DNA from: Marsupella aquatica
Taxonomy: Eukaryota; Plantae; Marchantiophyta
Assembly (NCBI GenBank): GCA_973895155.1
Contig: OZ316892.1
Span: 14,004,861-14,068,860, forward strand
DNA: 64,000 nt
Direction of reading: 5' to 3'
Below are positions 26,456 through 37,700 of this stretch, piece by piece. The notes below the pieces were generated by a model. It made no database searches. It saw only the letters and a list, made by a program, of their open reading frames with translations, and was not told the DNA's origin. The stretch's first letter is position 1, and each line of letters starts with the position of its first letter. The translations under genes and the position numbers were made by a program.

Positions 26456-28449
26456 GTGACGGAAATGATTTGGAAGTCATGCTCGGGGAGAGTAATACGG
26501 CATTATCTAGGGATGGCCCCTGCAGACCATAATTTAGCTAGAAAAGCTGGTTTGGTTCCATGTTTTGAACTCGACTGGCCCAGAGTTGCAATTCCTGCTG
26601 TAAAGGAGTTCGTAGTAGGGTATGATCAAGGTCAAAACTGTGTCATTCTGGGGTGCAACTCACACATTCAACAGAGAGGTATTGCGAGCTGCATTTGCTT
26701 TTCCGTCTGGAGAATGGGCCCGATTTAAACCTGGGTTGGTCCAAGGTCAACTAAATTCCATGTTTTCTGCCAAGACGAAAGGCAACCCATAGAGTCTAGA
26801 CAAAATCACTGTGCCATATATGCAGTGGTGTGGGATAATCAGGGCGATTTCTGAATTGCTCTTAGGCAAGAGCAAACCCACTCAAGTCACCTCAAAAGAC
26901 ATGTGGGTATACTGGGCGTATTGGTGGGATACGATTAGGGTATGTGATCGTTTTAGAGGAGCTGAAACTCCCGTGGTGAAGCCCGATTGGGCACATTTGG
27001 TGTATGATAATCTGACGAGTGAGATCCTCAGGTTAAAGTCACACCTATCGAAGAATGGTGTCGTAGACAAACGACTTCCTTGCTACTATGGCACTGCTAT
27101 AACGCAGATTCTTGTACACTACGGGTATTCGCTGGAGGAGCTTATGGTCGAACAACACGAAGATGATCATGAGGAGGACGACAAGGAGGAAGGGGACAAT
27201 GGCTCACAAGAGGACAAGGAAGGGGAGGCTAGCTCAGAAGAGGACAAGGACAGGGACAGTGGCTCACAGGAGGACGAGGAAGGGGATGACGGATCACGAG
27301 AGGACAAGGAAGGAGAAGATGGCTCACGAGAGGACAAGGAAGGGGATGGTGCGTCTGACGGTGAGGGGCAGCCATCGGAGGTTGCGCCCCAATTCTCCAG
27401 GGATGAACAGAAATGTCCTCAGGGTGAGCACAAATTGCCGCCCTCTGTGCCAGAGTGCATGCGTGTTCTATCACAGCACATACGTGCGCTAGCTAGAGGT
27501 TGATCTTGCAGAAAAATCGGACATGCTACGAGAAGCAGTGGAGAATCATAAAAAATTGGTCCTCAATTTGATGAAAGAAAATGACAGACAGAGAGTCCGC
27601 ATATTAGAATTGGAAAGGCAGGTTGGGTTGCATTTAGAACAAGTTGGCAGTGAGACATCGAGTGGAGAAGGTGAGAGCGGAGGTGATGAGAGATGTTGTG
27701 AGGTTCTGGTAGGTCTTGGTGCCAGGGTACATGCAGGTTATGATGCAGAGGCATCACAGCGTAGCCCAATTTCATAGTTACCGCCAGTTTCTGGTGTTCC
27801 AGCTATAGTAGAGGTACCAGCACCAGCACCAGCACCAGCAGAAGCAAGTACTTTCCCAATTTATTATCCTGGTGTTCCAGCTATAGTAGAGGTACCAGTA
27901 GCAGCACCAGCAGAAGCAGGTACTTTCCCAATTCATTATCCTACTTCAAAGATACAGCGAGAGGAGTCTATGTCGAGTGGAGGTGACTCACCAGCTTTGG
28001 TAGAGTTACAGGCAGCCGCACCACCAATACTGGCAGAGGTACCAGCATCAGAAGAAGAGATGTCACTTTTAGAAGGAGAGGCACCAAATGCTGCACCAAC
28101 ATCAAAAGTAGAGGTCTCAGCTACATAGGAGGACAAATCGTCGGGTGCAATTGCATCAGAAGTACCAGGGTCACCTCCAATTTTTGTTCTATTTCATGTT
28201 CCAACTAAGAGTCCGGGATGGGAGGCTAGGACGAGTCACATTTCACGACAACCAAATTTGCCTCGTGCTTCAAAGAGAGGGCGAGAGGACTCTATTCCGA
28301 GTGGCAGTCACTCACCAGGGAAGAGGAGGGCTATCGAAGTGGAGGAAGAGGAAGAGGTAGAGGAAGAAGAAGAAGAAGATGAAGTGGAGGATGACGAGCA
28401 TTCAGAACAAGACATTCACTGGGAAGAGTGTGCCACAGAGAGTGGAAAG
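26456..28449 (+). pseudogene. 5' part of a large TE gene: plant-transposon-protein-like helical domain, acidic 11-aa repeats, coiled coil and Pro/Ala/Glu low-complexity linker
   Basis: AGL..CFELDWP....PAVKEFV...KPDWAHLVYDNL...PCYYGTAITQILVHYG resembles the accessory domain found in plant TE ORFs (PF20167-like, by eye). The frame of ORF 27523 runs on through TAGs at 27775 and 28126 to the donor at 28450, which splices in phase 0 to the SNF2 exon at 28541. Confidence 0.5.
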
Positions 28450-28540
28450 GTTAGCGATTTTTTTCCTTTGTTGTGTGATTACTGTTTTTTCAGAAACAAT
28501 GTTCAAGCATATCTAACTTGGCTGTGAGCGGGATCCGCAG

Positions 28541-31243
28541 ATTGACATCCAAGGGTCTCACTTGACAGAGGAGGCATGCCCTCCACCTGGTACAATGACT
28601 ATAGCTCTATATCCACACCAACGGATTGGTCTTGCATGGATGTTGGAACGCGAATCCGGAAAAAGCTCTCCAATTGGTGGGATGTTGGCGGATGACCAGG
28701 TACAAAAGCCCCCAAATTAAGCCAAAGTTGCACTCATTATTTTCATTCAGCGGGATACTTTGGGGGTATTTTTGGAGTATGTTAGGGGTACGCGCGCACC
28801 TTGTCTGCAAGTGAGTGGGTCCCTGACCGTTTTCTTGGCTTGGATTTTTTTAGGGAATGGGGAAAACCATGCATGTCATAGCGCTATTTCTCGCGAATCG
28901 CCCTCATAAGTGTGGGCCAACTCTAGTTGTTTGTCCAGCCAGCGTGGTGATTCAATGGGGCCAAGAAATAGCTGCAAGGACCTCCAAGATAGCAAAAGTG
29001 AAGGTCCTCCTCTACCACAACAAGAGGAATAAAGACATCAACTTTATTTCAAGCCATGACGTGGTTGTCACTACGTACTCAATCATGACAGGGGAGTCTC
29101 CCATTGCTCCAAAGACGTCCAGCGTGCCAAAAGGGAGTATGAAGAGACCTGTAAAAAAACCTAGACTTGCAGGTCCAATGTTTAAGATTAGTTGGCTTAG
29201 AGTAGTCCTAGATGAGTGTCATGTCATGAAAAATAAAACTAGTCAAAATTTCAAGGCCTCGTGTTGTCTCAAGGCAGAGACTAAGGAGGTGGTGCCTAAG
29301 CGGTACACCCATACAGAACGAGACTTCTGATCTGTTTCCTTACTTCAGTTTTCTGAGGTATTATCCTCTAGGAGAGTGGAAGGAATTCTCGCAGTTAAAG
29401 AAGCTGCTGAAGACAAGGCCAAAGATAGCGAATGGCATCCTCTCGAAACACTTGGTTGCGATTGCGCTCAGGAGAGACAAAAGTAAGCGGGCATGCATAT
29501 ATCATGGTAGAGTTCACTTTGTTTAATCCCAAGCCTGATTTCTTTATCAATTGTGCATTTACCCTGCCACTGTGCTTACATGCAGGCATACTCCCACTGC
29601 CCCCTAAGACGATCGAGGTGCAAATTGTTGAATGGAGAACACAGCAAGAACGAAAAAGCTTATTTTGATCAGGAGGAAAAGAGTAAGGAGTTATACAAGG
29701 TACGTAAGGCTCTTAATAATCCCCAATGTTGAAGATGTATGAGAGTTCAATTTGATCCCTTGAAGGTGTCTGTTCGGTGGCAATTAATGTGCCTGTAATG
29801 TTGTAGGAATTCCGTGACGCCGAAACAGGTGCCTTATCGAATGTGTTGAGCGTTCTGCTCCGGTTGCGACAATTTGCAGTTCACCCGAAACTTCCTTCCT
29901 TATGTAAAATTCGCGAAGAGGAGATCGGGAACAAAGTGCAAAGAACGCCCCTTAGTGAGCCTCAACGAGCCCGACTCGTGTCAGAGTTTCAGCAATTGAA
30001 GATTGGAAGTGCTTGCGTGGACTGCAAGGTGAGTACAGTCACTCTGTGTATGGGGTATGATTGGGGTATTATTGGGGTATTATTGAGGTATTTCAGTTAA
30101 CGTGCTTTGCCTACCAATTTCTGCACGCACTCACTTTAACGGTTGGATTGTGCAGGGGGGGCTTGATTGGAAGTTCATTTCAGATTTCTGGCTATGGCCA
30201 TGTATACTGTGGCATTTGTGCAATAGACCGGGAAGCTGGAACCTGCAAATCGGCAAAATGTTCAAAATATGTGACAGCCTAGGTCCTATACAGGCCAGCT
30301 GATTTGAGGCTAGTGAATGGTGGTGCGGAGTCAAAAGGGAAGGCGCAAAGAGAATATGATGTCCGACACCCACCTTCTCCAAAATTTGATGCAGTCTTGG
30401 AATACCTGAAGTCGATTCTGCTGGACACTACAGGACAAGGCAGCAGCGAAAGCTTTGTGCCCAGGCAGAAGGCTCTTGTTTTCTCACAATGGACTTCGTG
30501 TCTCGACATGCTTGAGCCACACATTCTGAAGGCTGGTCTAAAGTTCACAAGGATTGATGGAGGAATGAATTCCAATGTGAGAGAACAAGCCTTGAATGAT
30601 TTCAAGACGACCCCAGAGGTACAACCGTCATTATCCGTGCAGATCGGTGTCTGTATTTGTTCAAAGGGTAAACTCTTTATATTCTAATTAAACTGTTTCT
30701 ACTCATTTCATGCAGATCAACATTATCCTCTTGTCCTTGATGGCAACGAACACAGGACTCAACATCACTGAGGCTACACATGTTCTTATGGTAGACGGGT
30801 GGTGGAATCCCATGGTAGAGGACCAGGCCCTCGATCGGTCACATCGTATAGGGCAAACAAGGCCGGTGAAAGTTGTCAGGTTTATCGCCGAAGATTCGAT
30901 TGAGTTGAAGATTTTGGAGCTGCAGGTAAGATTAGAAGTGCTTGCATGGACTGCAAGGTGAATAACGTCACTCTGTGTATGGGGTAGGTATTATTGGGGT
31001 ATTTCAGTTCGCGTGCTTTGCCTAACAATTCCTGCATGCACTCACTAGTAATGATGAATTACGAATTCCATATATGTGGTCTCTAATTGTACGCATGTTG
31101 CATGTTTTGTGCAGAACAAAAAACGAGTGATGATCAGGGACATCATGTATGGCTGTGCAACCGGGAAAAAAGATAACATGGAACAAAATCTGGAGTTCAT
31201 ACTGGGAGAGAATCAGCAGCAGAGGTTCAATGCATCAGAGTAG
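28541..31243 (+). pseudogene. SNF2-RING-HELICc ATPase of the Rad5/16-like group (Ris1/FRG-CHR27/28 type) inside the transposon
   Basis: EEACPPPGTMTIALYPHQRIGLAWMLERE...GGMLADDQ|GMGKT (motif I); TLVVCPASVVIQW; DVVVTTYS; WLRVVLDECH; RWCLSGTPIQN after a frameshift at ~29280; LLRLRQFAVHP; RING remnant ACVDCK...GHVYCGIC...C...C; KALVFSQWT...RIDG; WWNPMVEDQALDRSHRIGQTRPV; stop at 31241-31243. Confidence 0.9.
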
Positions 31244-31808
31244 CTAGATGAGTTTTAGCTAAGGTTCTCTTCGGTGCTTGAGTCAGTTAGGCAGTGACAC
31301 TCTTACTGTTCGTTTACTTGTCAGTGCCACTCTCGTTTCCTCACGTTGTGATTTTAGTGCAGCGGGACAACGATGAGACTAGGAGGACAGAGCCTGAGTG
31401 GGTCTTTCCTTGCCACATATGTACCTGTTCGAGCCTCCTGCGGGAGCATTATGAATTGAACACTTCATCTTTGAATCATGTCCACTGTTTCTGATGTCCA
31501 CTGTTTCTTTGGTATTCTTTCTTGTGTTCTTTTGTGTGTGTTTAGGGTTTAGGTTATGCACTTGCAAGACACACCGAATGATTACCCTAGGGACATAGGT
31601 AATTTACAAGCATAGCAGCCCGTCCACTACAAGGAGATTTGGTTCCCTACTAAATATGGGACAAATACCTTACCATGAATCGCTTTGATAAGAGGGGAAT
31701 GAATTCCCAACTCCTCTTCTGGAAATTACCCCCAATAGTAAGGGGGCGGGGAGCATGAGGTACGTTGGGGTTAATTTCCCTACTTACCCCCTATATTCCC
31801 CTCTTTCA

Positions 31809-31837
31809 AACTCCTAACCTTGCAGATCTTCCTTGTG
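31809..31837 (-). repeat. Right TIR of the CACTA-type element
   Basis: AACTCCTAACCTTGCAGATCTTCCTTGTG, followed by AAA. Confidence 0.85.
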
Positions 31838-34250
31838 AAAGATGGTGATTGATCAATCCTGATCAGATCCCCACTTGTGTCCGTTCCAATTCTAGATAGA
31901 TCAGGCTCACCCTGGATTGTGTATAGTAAAATTTATGCTATGCCAATACCCGTACCTTTCAAATACTAAATAAAGCAGCATTTTGCATTCAACTTGACAA
32001 TTCTTATCTAAAGAGGATGTTAATTGAAAAAGCCATCAAGTTGCTTCTTCATATGAGGACATTTGCAAGTGCTAATATAGACCAATCACATAAATAGATT
32101 CACTCTTCACATACTCTGAATGATTTAATTAGACATTCTTTTCAAAAAAGGGAGTTAACATATGTTCATTGGATCTACAGATTTTGGCTTTCAATCTTAT
32201 TGTGACAATCTAACTTTGGAGATGGCTCGATCTTATCTCTGATCGTTGTGGTAATTGGCAAGAAATTGGGATTCACCAAGGCATGAAGAGCACATATAAT
32301 CTCCAGCCAATGTTATCCCGTCCAAGTTGTAGCTACTGACAGTACCTTGAGTTCTTGAATTACAAAATCTGGTTGATTGTAATTTGATGATGAATGATTA
32401 GACTGTCAATGTTTGCCCCAGTTATGTCACACCTGTTACTTTTGCTAGTACTAAGGATGTGAACCTCAGGTACCAGGTTTTTTCAAGGTCTGGGGCAAGT
32501 AGCCATTGCGGCGACAGTGGGGGTGACTGCCCATTGGCTTGCCTAAAAAGAGGTTGCGATCTCATGGTTCCATACATGGCTCAGGAGGGGTGGCGACCTC
32601 GTGCCCACCAAAGGTAGATTTTTGGCGAACAGTCATATCCATCTATAAGGATTGAGTGGCACCAAGCCTAGGGTGTGTATCAGAGCTTTTGGCAAAATTG
32701 AACCAAAGCGTCTAAGAAGAATCAGTGAGGATAACAAACAATATAAGAGAAACCTTCACAACCTAAATCTCAAAGCAATATATGTTAGCCTTGTGAATGT
32801 AAATTAATTCCTTGTAGCTAGGGGAATGCCACACTAGATGCTCCCAAATACACCTAACCCCAAGCACCTTGCTACCTGGCATAGCCCAGTACACAGGTAA
32901 GTGTGTACACCTAGTATTAGCCCAACCCACAGGTATGCAAGCACACCTGGGACATAGCCCAATACACAGGTATATATGTGAGCAGGAGTTGCTGGTAAAG
33001 TACATTTGTGTACGTGACAGGACATTGGCGTTCAAGTACAATTCTCTGGTAGGACACTGGCAAGCTAGCAAGCCCAACAATGGCTTGGGAGGGACTGGCG
33101 AGCCTGCACAGTTTCACCCTTCACAAGTGCTCCTGACTAGACACTCTTGTCACCTCAGGATTTGGCAAATTTTTCCAAATTTTTTAAAACTTCCCTCTGT
33201 TAAGGTAGCAACTACCTAATCAGAAGGCAGGATTTGGCAAAATTTTGCCCATTAAAATAAGGCTGCGTGTTAGGTACCAAACTCAATACCAAAGTACTAT
33301 CAAATCCTGGCCATTCATAAAAACAATTTTTTCTGCTCCATCAGATCCGCCAATACCACCCCATTCACCCTCCTGCCATGCACTGCCCAAGCTACCACCC
33401 TAGCTGCCCTGTACCTGAGCAAGATGCAAATTGAAAAGAAAGGAAAGAAAATAAAATAAAAATAAAAATAAAAATGGAGAACAAATCAATGAGAAAATAC
33501 TTGCTCCTGTAGCGACCATGCATGGACTGTCTGACGTTGCGGGTGCCTCATGGGTGCGGTCATCCTCCCGAACAACAACATGTACACAACAACCATCACC
33601 AAAATGATCACATTTCAGCAACAACCACCCAACCAAAATGATGGCCTCTGACACTTATCAATGAATAAATTGCCACATGCTTTTGCCATTCTTTGTTTGA
33701 CATAACAAATATTGTGTCATGCCTAGGTATTGGCGCAATAACCACAAGAAGACACAATGCACGGGCATTAGGCTATCAAATACAGGCTCAAATTTGTATT
33801 TAAGCATCTCAGGTAGTATGTCTTCATTGAGATGATTCATTTCTAGACATAGTTGACTGTTTTCCTGCACTCTCAACTTGCACACCTAATAATATGGTCA
33901 CTATAACTTGATCACCCAATAACACGGTCACTATAATTTGATTAGTTCTTTCTTATTGTTTGAAGGGGAAATCTGTTACAACATTTCAACCCAAGACCTA
34001 CGAGTCCATACTCAAGTCAGTGAGCTATCAAACAGCCATGCATAGCTGCTTGGGCGATTTGATTAGTTATTGTGTTCATCTAAGCACAAAAGAACTGAGA
34101 TGAATGAATTGTGCTTGATGTGAAGGGTTAAGAAATGATGGAAACCATGGATTTTTCAAAATAATTTAAAAATGGAATGATCATACAGAAGAGAACCCTC
34201 ATAGGCTAAAGATAAATTAAAATCAAAACAATTATAACAAACAAGATGAG

Positions 34251-34423
34251 GAGGTATATACTTAATGGACCTCCAAATTGAAAAGTGTTACTTGATGGGA
34301 CCTCTGATGATCCTGACCGTTGGTAGATCTTGATAGACCTTAGTCCAGTGCAACGTACCCAAAACTTCTTGGGGTTGGTTTGGGAGAAAAGTTTGGTTTA
34401 GGGGTCCATCAAGGAAATACCTC
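34251..34423. mobile_element. Mutator-like MITE (173 bp)
   Basis: Imperfect TIRs GAGGTATATACTTAATGGACC / GGTCCATCAAGGAAATACCTC; 9-bp flanks CAAGATGAG / CAAAATGAG (8/9) consistent with a MULE TSD. Confidence 0.6.
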
Positions 34424-34533
34424 CAAAATGAGCTTACGAGACAAAAATAAAGGTTGCTCTATAAGGGCGTCTGAAACCTCACGTTTCTGTTGGAAATGAA
34501 CCACACTCAAACGAAGATGGATACAGCCACAAA

Positions 34534-34604
34534 GGGCCTGTAGCTCAGTGGTAGAGCACTACGATGTACACGGGAGGTCCTAGGTTCAATTCCTAGCCGG
34601 TCCA
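34534..34604 (+). ncRNA. tRNA-like Pol III module in the 5' LTR (not a functional tRNA)
   Basis: A box TAGCTCAGTGG, D stem GCTC/GAGC, T stem CTAGG/CCTAG with B box GGTTCAATTCC, acceptor GGGCCTG/CCGGTCC+A (6/7 paired, including one G-U); anticodon arm poorly paired. Confidence 0.8.
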
Positions 34605-34728
34605 TGCTGTTGAAAGTTCCAACATGGTATCAGAGCCAAAGAAAAGGAGTTTCCCTTGTAGCGAGTGCGACTCAAGGGTGGGTGTTGGAAATGAACCACA
34701 CTCGAACGAAGATGGATACAGCCACAAA

Positions 34729-34799
34729 GGGCCTGTAGCTCAGTGGTAGAGCACTACGATGTACACGGGAGGTCCTAGGTTCAATTCCTAGCCGGTCCA
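34729..34799 (+). ncRNA. tRNA-like Pol III module in the 3' LTR (identical copy)
   Basis: Identical to 34534-34604. Confidence 0.8.
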
Positions 34800-37700
34800 T
34801 GCTGTTGAAAGTTCCAACAGTTTCTGCCTCTGGTTGCAGTCAGCAACGAATTTCTGAGAAAAAAGTGGCGGACACAAAAAATCAGTTTCCGCACACTCCT
34901 GATCCCTGACCTAAACTGATAGTTTTGGGTGTCATCTTTTTCCCGCAGCTTCAAGGTTTGAGATGAATTATTAATACAGCAACGTCTAAAAAACTGTTAC
35001 AAGTTCCTGTGGATATTAAATTGCTCGAGCAGAAGCAAAGCTCAAACTGAAACAAAACCCCCACCTTAAGGTTTTGTTTTTGGTCCTCGACCGACTTTTT
35101 TCCACCCTCGTTTTCTTCGCCCTTTATGTCCTTAATTTGATGGCGCTTTTGCAGTCGATTTGATTACAGTTCTTTCGTTCATCTGACTACGATATGAATG
35201 TGAATGTAATTGATTGAATTTCCCCTTACGAAACCGTTTCTCACGATGCAACTTCCCAAATCTCGTTTTCCGTGATGGCATCGCTAGCCACAGGGGCGCA
35301 TTGACGGTTGTTGTACAGGGCAGAGGTAATCTCGGCCCGTTCTTTCAACGTACCTCATGGAATCTACTGTGACCGAATTGGGAACCACTGTGCGATCGGA
35401 ATTTTGCACGCAATAATGTCCTGCAATAATGTCCTGCAATAATGCATGCATGCTGTGGCATCGAAGACGTCTGGCACGAGAACTAGCTTGTGCTTGTGCT
35501 TGTGCTGGGTGAAACCGCGCAACAGTCGTTAGTTTTCGTGGGGAGTTTTGCAACCGTTGTGCAGGCGTGTTGTTGGGAGGAAGAGGAAAAGGGTTTCACT
35601 TGAAATGTAAATAGGAATACGAACTTTCATGCAATTGAGCGTTTTGGCTGAAATTGTTTTTGGGAAGTTGAGCTCTTTAGAAAACCTCCTGAAAGTTGAA
35701 TCGACCCAAACACGGGGCAGTACGTAAAGTACCTCTCGTAGAATTCAGGTGAGCTCGCGTCCGTTAAAGCCGACTTACCACTTACAAAGAAAGTCTGAAT
35801 TCCTGCGCGCAGAGACTGCCTTCACCAGTTCACTTGCTCTGCATCGAGCTCTGCCATAAATTACCTTGAGTAATCGATCATTCCAAAAGTTAGTGTAATC
35901 AAACTTAGCTAGGGTAGCAAATGTATCAAATGTCAACCTTCACCTTAGTGAAGGGCACCCGGTACTACCTAGCATGGAGGCTCCCTTAAAGCTTAAGTAC
36001 AGTACACAAGGGTACAAATTTTACTAATAAATCGCAAACACAAGCTGTTTCAATGACTATGGTCTAGAGTGAAGCCTCTAGACCACAACTCCTAATAACG
36101 ACCGAACTGGACTTGAAAATAAGAACAAGTGAACAAAACATGAGGATTGGGCAAATATAAACAACAGATAGCATATAATTCATATTTTTTTTTGCAAGAT
36201 ATTTTTTATGTTCCATTTCTACTTACTTCCAAGGAACCCAATCAACGCTAGTACAAAACTTTTCTCGATACGTGGACAACCACACGAAAATGCAAGTTCC
36301 TCGCAATTGAAATGTTGATGGGTGGAAGACTTGACTAAACTATTTTTTAAGTTGAAAAAGAGTAAAATATTAGTTAAAAAGTGAATAGTGAAGGAATGAA
36401 ACGGCAATGATTGCATTATATGACAAAAGAGCAAAGAATAATCCAAGAAATTAGTTCTTGTGCATTGCGGGCAAAATGCTAGAGTCACTGTAATAGTAAT
36501 CTCAAACAATGCTAGAGTCACTTTATTAGCAATCTCAAACTTGAGAGTACCAACCCAAAAGTTTACTTAAGCCTATGATGGGTAAAACTCCTTAAGTCTG
36601 ACAATTCATATTTTCATTCTGAACCAAGAAGTACAAAAGGACTACTCAAATAATGAGTGTGTATTAATGAGCTTATTGATAAACAACTTTCCATCACATA
36701 TCTTGGGTCAGGGGCTTACACAAAATATGTCAACAATTTTTGTCACATTTGGCACCACCATTGCAATATGCGCAAATTGTTGGAGTGTGAGTTGTTCCGA
36801 AATTTGGCTCAAAATACTTTTGCGCACAAAAACTAAAGTCATGAGAGAAGATTTGGGGACAAAAAAACCGAAATGCTTACTGATTGTAGTCAAATGGCAT
36901 TAAGGTATACAGTAAGTACTAACTCACAATACAGATTTACGTAGAAAAGTTTCGAAGACAGACTCGATTCTGGGTGTGGCCCTCACAGAATCGTGTCGTC
37001 AAGCTGAGGCTAATTATGGACTGTCGTCATTCTTCACATGGCTTTGGTGGTGATAGAGCCCGAAGCTTAAGCTAGTACGTTCAATGATCTCACAATGGGC
37101 ATAGTCGGCCGGATTGCGGGGAGAATTGAAGTGAGAGCTAGCCTTGGGAACGGCCTGCAGAGATCTCAAAGGGCATTTTCTATGGGATAGGCCCGAATCC
37201 GAAGACTTCGTTTTTGGCATTTGAAATTTCGCTTAATCAACGTCACATTTCTCGAGCAATTAATTCAGACAGATAAAATTGCTAATTTGATTGTGATGGC
37301 GGTATTAAGTTTAATGTCCTGTATTGAGAAAGTTTGGACCATATATAGATGGATGATTAGAAAAGAGGGCAACTACACAGTTAGCAAGGACAGACTGTTC
37401 ATCCTTGGAATTCGTCTTCAGGCCCCAACATTCTCGTTGTGATCAACCATGAGCTAGCATTGAGCCGGACTGTGTTGCTCATCAAAATGCAAAGAAAAAA
37501 AAATGGTTTTAATTTACAAAATTCGAGATCTGGAAGTAATTGACACCCACCCTCACAATTCAAACTCCCTGGCATGCATGGCTAGCTTACTCGCTCGCGC
37601 GCGCACCCACTGACATTAATCGCTCACTTAGTAATCATGATCACCTAATCTTATTGGCAGGTAAGCAGAGCAGGTAGCTGCTGCAGTGCTGCGTCCTGGT

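Larger units (their letters stand above)
9980..31837 (+). mobile_element. Giant (21,858 bp) CACTA/EnSpm-superfamily DNA transposon with cargo genes, now non-autonomous
   Basis: Left end CACAAGGAGGATATGCATGGTCGAGGAGTT vs reverse complement of right end CACAAGGAAGATCTGCAAGGTTAGGAGTT (18/21 identical, then AGGAGTT after a 1-nt indel). 3-bp TSD AAA at 9977-9979 and 31838-31840. Internal Tnp2-type transposase and a subterminal repeat array. Confidence 0.88.
34488..34819 (+). mobile_element. TRIM (miniature LTR retrotransposon, 332 bp) with a tRNA-like sequence inside each LTR
   Basis: LTRs 34488-34624 and 34683-34819 (137 bp each, TGTTGGAA...TTCCAACA, one A/G difference). PBS TGGTATCAGAGCCA (initiator tRNA-Met type) at 34625, purine-rich AAGGGTGGG before the 3' LTR, perfect 5-bp TSD GTTTC. 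Confidence 0.95.

Noticed and set aside
9980-31837. Helitron or endogenous virus interpretation (RPA plus helicase)
   Set aside because: The helicase is SNF2-type, not PIF1; no HUH Rep, polymerase or capsid motifs were seen; TIRs, the 3-bp TSD and Tnp2 point to CACTA.
34534-34799. Two tandem tRNA genes
   Set aside because: The anticodon arm is unpaired and both copies lie inside LTRs bounded by PBS, purine tract and TSD; they are TRIM components.
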